Assembly: GCF_009914755.1 (NCBI RefSeq)
Contig: NC_060938.1
Direction: 5' to 3' (one strand)
Origin: the human T2T-CHM13v2.0 reference genome, Homo sapiens
Length of the DNA: 64,000 bases
Shown: positions 55,764 to 64,000 of the stretch, piece by piece
Numbering within the stretch: position 1 is the first letter of the stretch
Layout: each line of letters opens with the position of its first letter
Program-made: the position numbers and the translations under genes
Notes under the pieces: generated by a model
The model's input: only the letters and a program-made list of their open reading frames with translations
What the model was told of the DNA's origin: nothing
Database searches by the model: none

Positions 55764-57771
55764 CTCACTGAATTTTCCTTGCTCCTGTGCAATTTACTAA
55801 TTATAAATTAGTAAATTGAACTGCAAGTCTCTTGCCCAGTGTGAGAGGCTTATAAAGGGGCCCAGGCTCCTGCCACATGCCATATGCTCCTTTACAGCAG
55901 CCCTGGAGGAGGAGATGCCATCCCATTGAACAAATGAGGAAATGCTGATGCCCAGACACTGAGTGACTCGTGTGACTCTGCACAGTCAGTAAAGGATTTT
56001 GAAGTTCAGGAATTTGAATCCAGGTCTCAGATTCTAAAGCTCAAGTGTATTCCACTTCTCAAAGCCTGTGTATACATCTTATGTTTGTATCAGGACTTTA
56101 CAAGACTGGAGGCACTTCCCTAAGGCTGTATCATCGTCCATAATAACTTTTGATAGAGACCAGGAGGATGTAACTTAATGTTTTACATTAAGGTCCGAAG
56201 TTGTGATGATAACAGTGGAAATGCTGGAGAGTTCCCTGTGGGACTCCTGTCGTGGGGTGGATAGCTGTGTAGGCGGACAGCCCTGCTGGAGTCACCCCCG
56301 CCCTGCTGCTTGATGGCTTGGCCTGCTTATGTTCGTGTTCTGTTCTTCCCTCCCAGACCCACGGAAAGGGTCAGAGGGTGCCTGCCCCTGTTTTTCCTGT
56401 TACCTCCATTCAGATCAAATCCAGACAATAGAGCTCATCTCCCTCAGGAGAAGGGCTTTCTGTAGCCCTTTCAGCTCAGTTTAAGTGACTGTTTCTCTGA
56501 TCTAATTGGGTCTTTTTATCTACTTGAACACTCACCATGTTGGTTACCATAAATCACGCCCTCTTTGATTTTGCTTGTGAAATTAATTCACCCCAGTTTT
56601 CCCTAGGTTAAGCCAGTTTTAAGTTATCTCTCATTGATTCCTACAACTTTCAGATGTGAACACTAATCATTAACACAGATCATTTAGCTTTCTTCGCTAA
56701 AAAATTTGTAAATGGGATTTTTTTCTTAAGGCAGGCCATTTATATTTAGGTAATATTGTATTAATTTAAAAGGCTGTATACTAAATGGTATATTAATGAA
56801 AATTTTGGAAGAAAAATTTTTCCAAATTTTGGAAAAATCCTCATTTTTCTTTAATCCATGATGCTAATATTATTTTCGTTTTTTTCACTTTCACTTCTAG
56901 TTATTGTCCATATACATATTTTCATACACCTCATTTTAAACATAATATATGTGCTTCTTTTTAAAGTGTTAGCCAACTGACTTTCATTTTTAGAGAATTT
57001 AATTAATGCTAAAAATCATTTAAAATAAGCCAAATATATTTTTTCTTGATCAGAGTGAGGTATATGTTAATAGGTGAATACAAGTCTGCTTTTTTTCGGC
57101 AAGTTGAGGGGGCAGCATCAGGAATTGCCATGTGATTTCTAAGGTCTCTGTATGTTTTAACAGGATATATGGGAGAAGGAGAAACAGGGTGCTGTCCTCT
57201 GAGAGCTTTAGAAGATCTCTGAAAGACTCAGTATGTATGCACAGGGCATGGCTTCTGAAAATAAGTCTATTAGGTACTTAGAGGAAAGGACACTACATTT
57301 TACACATGTCCTGCCCAGGCAAGCTCGGGATCCAGTTTTCTGCCCTTGGGGCCTTTCCCCCACCCCCGTTACATGTTCATGTAACTTTCTTCTTTTTCTT
57401 CATCTTTTGTGCTTTGGCACATGCAACTCCCTCTGCCTGCTACAACCTGCTCAACTGATAGGATTTAGCCCAGGTGTCACTTCCAGCGTGATGCCCTTCC
57501 TGAATCCTCCCCCTTTTCCCTCCAGTCAGGAGCAAGGATCTCTAGTGAGCTTTCTGTGCCCTGTAAATGTCCCCTCCTTCAAGCACCACGACAGGGCAGG
57601 ATCTGGGGCTCATTCAGCTGCCATCTGTCCCAGTACCTGGTGTACCTGGCACTACATGGAGGGTCAGAATGGATTGGAAATATGAACATTCTTATAAGGA
57701 TGTCTTCTTCCTTCTTTTTGCTGTACCCTGCTGTAGTTTTTAAGAATGTATTATTTACTTTAAAATAGGTA

Positions 57772-57835
57772 CTTAGCTTATTTATATTTCTTTATAAAGA
57801 ATGCTTAGTTTATTTATATTTCTTTATAAAGAATG
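57772..57835. repeat. 32-bp tandem duplication
   Basis: CTTAG(C/T)TTATTTATATTTCTTTATAAAGAATG x2. Confidence 0.95.
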
Positions 57836-60800
57836 TGTCTTCCAAGGTAAGGTAGATTGTAAAATTCTTCAGCACATAAATATAGTAAGTACTCATTGAC
57901 AATTGACTGTCTGGTTATAAAGTGAGATGGTGATAAATTTTAAAGTTTCCTTTTAAACTTTAAGAAAGAGAAGGGGTTACAGTCATGAGTACAGAGATGT
58001 GGCCTGAAGCTGACAGTAATTTCAGCTTTTTGCCTTAAATGATCTTTCTTAGTATGTAGTATTAAAGTCTCCCCAGAAAAATCAACAAACTGAAACATAT
58101 TTTGACAGTGATAAAGCTTTATTTTTACTCAAAATTAGTTGCTCTGGTTTCTTATCTTTTCACTCTGAAGTCACAGATAAATACTGTATTATTTTTTCCT
58201 GATAGTTATCCATCTGGCTTTTGTATTTATATGCTTGTATTTATGTTTTCACTCTGAATCTTTTGCTTTTCAACTCCTTTCCTTTGATTCTTAGAGAACT
58301 TTGTGCTTATAATCTATATGTGATATTTGCTGTTCAGCCAATTTTGATGTATTCTTTTTTCATGTCCCTACAAAAATACTTGCTATTTGTTGACTTTTTT
58401 GCCTCCACTCTGCTCCTATGTTGAGTGCAGCTTGTTGTATTTGAAGCAAGACTGCTGGAGTGATAACCGTGAAAGCCAACTTCAGTTTATTTTTTTCTCT
58501 CTTTTTTAAAAAAAATCATTATGAGGAACCAGTAATCTTGTCAGTAAACTATTTTTTTTTTTTTTTGCTGGAGAGAGTTGAATATAGCAGGAAAATATAA
58601 ACCATCTTTTTTGTGTTTTTCTTTTATTACACCATCCCCCAATCCAATTTCCCAACCTGACTTCAGTTCGTAGAATTCTCAAATGAATATTCATCTCCTT
58701 TCTCCATTTCTAATCTAGTTTTTATAGGGACCATAATGGATAATGAAATTTCTAAAATTCAACTTACTGATAGGATTTATAACAAATAAAAAGGGAAATG
58801 TAATATTTTTAAAAATTACGTGTATAGTGGAGAGCAGTGTGGTGGCATAAATTATTCTGCATTAAAGTTCTTGGTCTTAATGGTGTCTCTGCAACCCCAG
58901 AGCTGTAGTATAACTGTGAAAGCTACACAGACACAAATCTGGTTCTGTGAGCATGTGTGCTGCCGCGTGAGGGCCCCGTGAGTAGAAGGGTGAGGTCTGC
59001 TGCTCAGTGTGTGTGCACACACCTTGGGAGTAAGCCACAATCCAAATGATTTGTGAATTGTGGCTTTGGGAAGTGGCTTAATGAATTTGTTCATTTAGTT
59101 TTGATTGGATTATAATAAGAGACTGTCTTATGGTGAGTATCTGGCCGATTATTTTTTGCCTTGTAGATTTTCTTAATGGTGTGTAATGGGCGCATGCTCT
59201 CAATAAAAAATGATGCAGAAATTGCAGATATTTTCTCTGATAAATAATCCTCAAGGATGGTAGCTCAGAGATTTTGAGGGCATGTTGGTGGTTGATGAAT
59301 CAGTTTATTATTGAAGATCTCTCAAGTGAGATTTCTTCAAGAGGTGACATCTTTTGGCTTTCTGTTACAAATGTATCAGCTACACATGGTGACTATTATT
59401 AAATTGAAAACAGCCTTTATTTTTCTGATAGACTATTTTTCAAAATCTGGAACTGTTGTTTCTTCTGGACCAAAAGTAACTTGGTGAAAAAAAGACCAAG
59501 ACTAACAGTGTAATATGCTGTATGTTTTGCTTGCTAAGAAAACTTGAGTGGTTAACAACCTTGGCTTTATGTAGTAAAGACCTCTGTTAACTGGAATGCT
59601 TCAGAAGAGGCATGCTTTTGGACTGTGGAAGTTTTAGGTTAACTGATGATTAAGCAGAAATCTTTGTAGAGGATTTTTTTTAAAATTAGAGTTTGTGATT
59701 CTGCTTTTTCTAACACATCATATGGAGTCTGCTTGCATCTTTCTTTGATGGATGAGGCTTACCTCGTTGATCTTTCTGAACATTAGTGATTGTTGAATAA
59801 CACTGTAAATTTAAAAGATGTAGAAAACTGGGACCCAACAGAATTCTCTGAAAATCCCATTTATACATGTTATTCTTATAGATAAAATTAAAACTTAAAA
59901 ATCAAGTGTTAAAGGATGTTTAGCTCTCTGTAAGGACAGATTGTAGGGAAGGCATTTCTGTTATCCAGGGTTCCACTGGTTCACTTAGATTCTGCGTATT
60001 TGAGTTTTTGAGTATTTTCAAGGGGGTGTGGTGGAATGTTGAGGTCCACAGTGTCTCTGGTCACACCCGGAGGTTCTGGATTTAGATAGCATGGCAACAA
60101 AATAAATATGTTTACTTGGTGCATCTGCGGTGCTTATAATTTAGAAGCATCACTGCTGTCAGATTATATTTTTAACCTTTTAAACTGGCATTTCCTTGTA
60201 ATGCATTGGGCTGTTGAAAATGAGATTAAATCAGGGTTTCAACTGAGGAGAATTGGGACCAGAAAGCAAAGCTGGAGATGTCATATGTGATATATCATTC
60301 TTCAGAGCTGTTTAGTTAGAGGGCTGCCTTTTGTTTAAATAAGAATAAAAATAATAATTGGCTACCTCAGCCCACTGACCTTGGAAATTGTTACATCCTC
60401 TGATGTAATTTATTAGTGTAACTTAGTGAGTGTCAGGGGTTTTAATTGATGCATAAAGCGCAGAATTTATGTGGGACTCCTGCCATGGGTCTCACTCTAA
60501 AGTTGAATGTGTCTTTCTTTTCCTCTTTTTCTCCTCTTTCTCCTTCCCTTTCACCATCCCTCCTCTTCCTCTCCCTTCTCCACTTCTTCTCTTTGTAATT
60601 GTGCACTCTGAGATCATTACTTTCCAGGTAGACCTTGGCAGTTTGTCTTTGGCAGTTTCTTCTAGGATACATGTGGAGAAAAACCCACCAATATAGAATT
60701 AGTGTGTTTCTCAGCTTCTTGAAAAACTGCTTCACACTTCCTTGCCTTCTAGTTAGAGGTGACAGTGTTATGCCTGGCTAGTGTCTAGTCTTATGTTGAC

Positions 60801-63800
60801 TGGACAGGTTTGCTTGGGTGTTACTGAAACAAAATGAGTTTTCACCTACCCAGTAGAAACCTGTACTGCATAAGAGGTAACAGTGTCAAGTTTACAGCTA
60901 GGAGTTAAAGATGGGATTTGTAACCTCTTTCAGAAAGTTTTATGTCTCATCATTAACACAAGCCCATAGTAACCTTTTTTTTTTGTCTTAGAAGAGAAAG
61001 GCTGTTGAGTGTGTATAGTAAGATGAATTTTTCATGTGAAATTTGAGAAGTGTCTTTCTCAGTCATTGGAATGGGTAACAGAGAAAAAAATGAGCTTTTT
61101 GGACCACATAGCATGTCATTGCTCTGCCTCTGGATTAAAGTGGAGGAAAAGAATGAAACCCTATGCTACCTAGAGCTTAGCGGGTCATTGGATCCTGTCC
61201 CATTGCCAAAACAGCAGACTTTTTTCCAGGTTCCCTTGACGGTACTCTGACCCTGGTTCCTTATCACCTCCAGAATGTTGCTGATTTGAATGTCTTAAGT
61301 TTGATTCTTCTGCTGGAGATCAGGCTCATGCATATAGAAAGGAGCAATGTAGAAAAGTGCGTCGTTTCCCCTTCTAGGGGAAATTGCTTCATAACTGAGC
61401 AATATAGTTATGAAAAAACACTCACATTCGTGTGTGGAGCTCTAATTTGACCATCAGTTGTTTAAAAAGCAAGATTGTGCGATCACATTTGAGGCTGATG
61501 GATTTAAGATGTTAAATTGTTCTGAGTTTATTTAAATTGCTGATGTGCTTTAGGGAGTCGAAAACATTGATCGTTGCAGAGAGTTCAGAAACCTTTAAGA
61601 GTAGTGCTTGGATCATTCTCGTAGAGCTATTAGTTGATGTCACATATTTCAGTTTGAGGTTGGGATGAGCTTGCTTGCTCTGGGCTGTGGTTCCTTGCCT
61701 GACATCACTTCTTTACCTGAGAAGTTATGGGAAGCTCCCAGGTGCACATTTCCCTTGGGCTGTCTTGTGGCTGCTGTCTTTGCTGCCTCTGTATCCGTGG
61801 AGGAGGGTGCTTTGTGTGCTCGATACTCCGCGATGTGGGTCAGCCAGGCTGCATGCCTTACCTCTCCCCAGCCCGCTCTCGCTGCACCGGCTTGCCACTG
61901 ATGCCTGCGTCTGTTAGGTGCTCACCAGAGCGTTACAGGGCTCAGAAAATGGCTTTCTCTAAGAAATGGCTGTTTTTGTTTAAAGTAGTCATTTTCCATG
62001 AGGAGGTAAACGTAACTTCAGGAATATTCTTTGAAAATTGTACATGTATTTGGCAAAAAGTGCCACATCTCAAAACAGATAGTGCATTTCTACATAGATT
62101 TTGACACAAATTTCCATACACTTGGAGTTAGAGTCTGATTGTGGAATTAGAAAACACATTTTCCAGGATTTGAGCATTTCCTCTCTTAGGTGTCCCCTGC
62201 AACTTTTTAATCAAAGTACAGGTGATTCTGTGGTTCTTTTTTTTTTTTAAAGACTGAAAAGTATTCATGAATTATGTTCTACAGTATCTACCTTTATTAG
62301 ACTATGAAACGACAGCTGCTTAATAGGAATATTATCGTTTTGACTTTTGTAACTTCGTAAAATGTCCTGTTTAGTACACTTAAGAAAAAGTCAGATCTAC
62401 GATTAGTGACGTGTGAATAATAATGGAATATTAAAATTTTAGAGGTTTCATCCACCAAGCCTGTCTTAGCATTTATTCCATTTCAGACTATAACTGACTT
62501 ATGGCATAACTAAAATATATAGTAAGCACATTGTTTTCGCATATTGTCAGTCTAGTAATGTCTGTCATTCATTCACTCAGCTTGTGTGAAGTCTCAATAG
62601 TGTGATTATGGAAACGCTCAGTTCAGGTTGAAACAATGATTTCTCCTGTGTTGTTGATTTGTTTCTTTTCTCAGGTGCCTTTTCACAGCCTGACTTTTAC
62701 TTCTTTCCTGCTGACAAAGTTGATGAACATGTGGGAAGGCAATGGGAAAAAATGGGGATTACATGTGATTCAAGCTGTTCCAGCCTGACAGGGTACTGGA
62801 GGGATTTTCAGAATTGTGGAGACAGCTGGGTTGAGGGGGACTCACTGAATAAGCCACAGAATCCTTAATTATCTAACAATGTGCCTTGCTTCTCGCACAC
62901 CCTAAATGATAGGGCATTACATACCCAATCACTTTCCTTGGTTTGGTGCTGGCTGGAGGTGGAGATAGAACGGGAGGAAGGAAAGGAAGACAGATGGGCC
63001 AAGGAAGGTGGAGGAGGAGGGAGAGGATGGGGGAGGAGAGAGACCTTGTGGGCTGCTGAATACAGTGGGATTGAAAAATAGTGGGTTTTCTTTGTGCTTG
63101 GTAGTTCTGTGATTTAATTGTCTTAGACTAGTTATGAAACTATGAAAATTGATTGATTTTTATATATTTGCTATGAGATTGCTTATTTTCTAAGGAAAGT
63201 ACCCTGAAGTTTTTTGTTGCGCTATGACAGTTCATTTCTTATTGAACTGACTTCTTTCCCCCGTTTGTTGCTGCTTATTATTGTTTACTTTTCCTTTTCA
63301 TTCTTCTTCTTTGGGTACGTTTTACATTATGGTTCATTAAAAAATTTTAGATTTACTTTTGTTAAGTACCTGAAGGTCTTTTTAAAAAAATTCTTACTGC
63401 CTTCTATGTTTGCAGCTTGTTCCCCCACCACACACACCTTTTTCTGTTTTTCTATGTTGCAAACTTTATTTTTTAAAGATAATTTTCTAAAAATATGATT
63501 CTGCTATCCAGTGAGACTCTACTAGCACAGATGAAAGAAAAACTGGGCCAGAAGTCCTCACAGTAATCATGTCACACACCACTCCCAATTCGGCAGTCTT
63601 TATAGTTGGTAAAATTCAGCTCCTTTCTTTGGAAGGGGTGATGCAAACCAGCTTCTTTACTAAAAAAAAAAGGTGAGATTTTAGTATTTGAAGTTCGTCA
63701 TTTGTAGGGCAGCTCATTGCTGTTAAAATTTCTGGCTTTTCTGGCTTTCATCAGAAATGAATGATTAATTTATTCTGAAAATGGACCTTTCCTCCTTCCC

Positions 63801-64000
63801 CCTTCTCTTTTTCCTGCCTTGTTAACGTCTTAGCACATGTCTGAATGAAATGGAAGTATAGCTCTGTTGATTATAGCTAAATCACCCGTCATGCCTCAAA
63901 CATGTATAATTTAGAGCTGGGTGCTTCAATTGAGTGCTGTTACATCTGAAAGGTTTATAATTTTACAGAATTGATGCACACTTCTCATGAATGTCGTCAG

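Larger units (their letters stand above)
42513..64000 (+). other. PELI2: PELI2 intron 1 (5' part; exon 2 lies beyond the window)
   Basis: Begins with GTGAGT. The expected continuation (YNGALPNGDRGRR...) is not seen in the window. Confidence 0.9.

Noticed and set aside
62640-62740. Strong acceptor TTTCTTTTCTCAG as PELI2 exon 2
   Set aside because: Downstream sequence does not encode the expected Pellino continuation (YNGALPNG...) and lacks a good donor.

Overview
Human/primate genomic DNA covering about 42 kb of repeat-rich upstream sequence, the CpG-island promoter and coding exon 1 of PELI2 (Pellino-2 E3 ubiquitin ligase; CDS 42436-42512, MFSPGQEEHCAPNKEPVKYGELVVL-G, donor GG|GTGAGT), and the first 21.5 kb of intron 1. 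No other protein-coding exon, RNA gene or prokaryotic-type system is supported. The remaining ORFs are Alu-, L1- or GC-rich artefacts. Repeat family names are from memory of consensus sequences and boundaries are approximate. Main observations: (1) The PELI2 5' leader has a strong-context 3-codon uORF whose single TAG separates it from the poly-Gly frame of an interrupted GGC repeat, a weak-context main AUG, and in-frame non-AUG starts. (2) An L2 element at 7.7-10 kb carries locally templated insertions of two ages, one combining an inverted 25-mer and a direct 104-mer. (3) Two tail-to-tail inverted Alu pairs, one intact and one cut by a deletion. (4) Consensus NF-kB sites in intron 1, one inside an L1PA fragment. 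I did not find a convincing new gene system.
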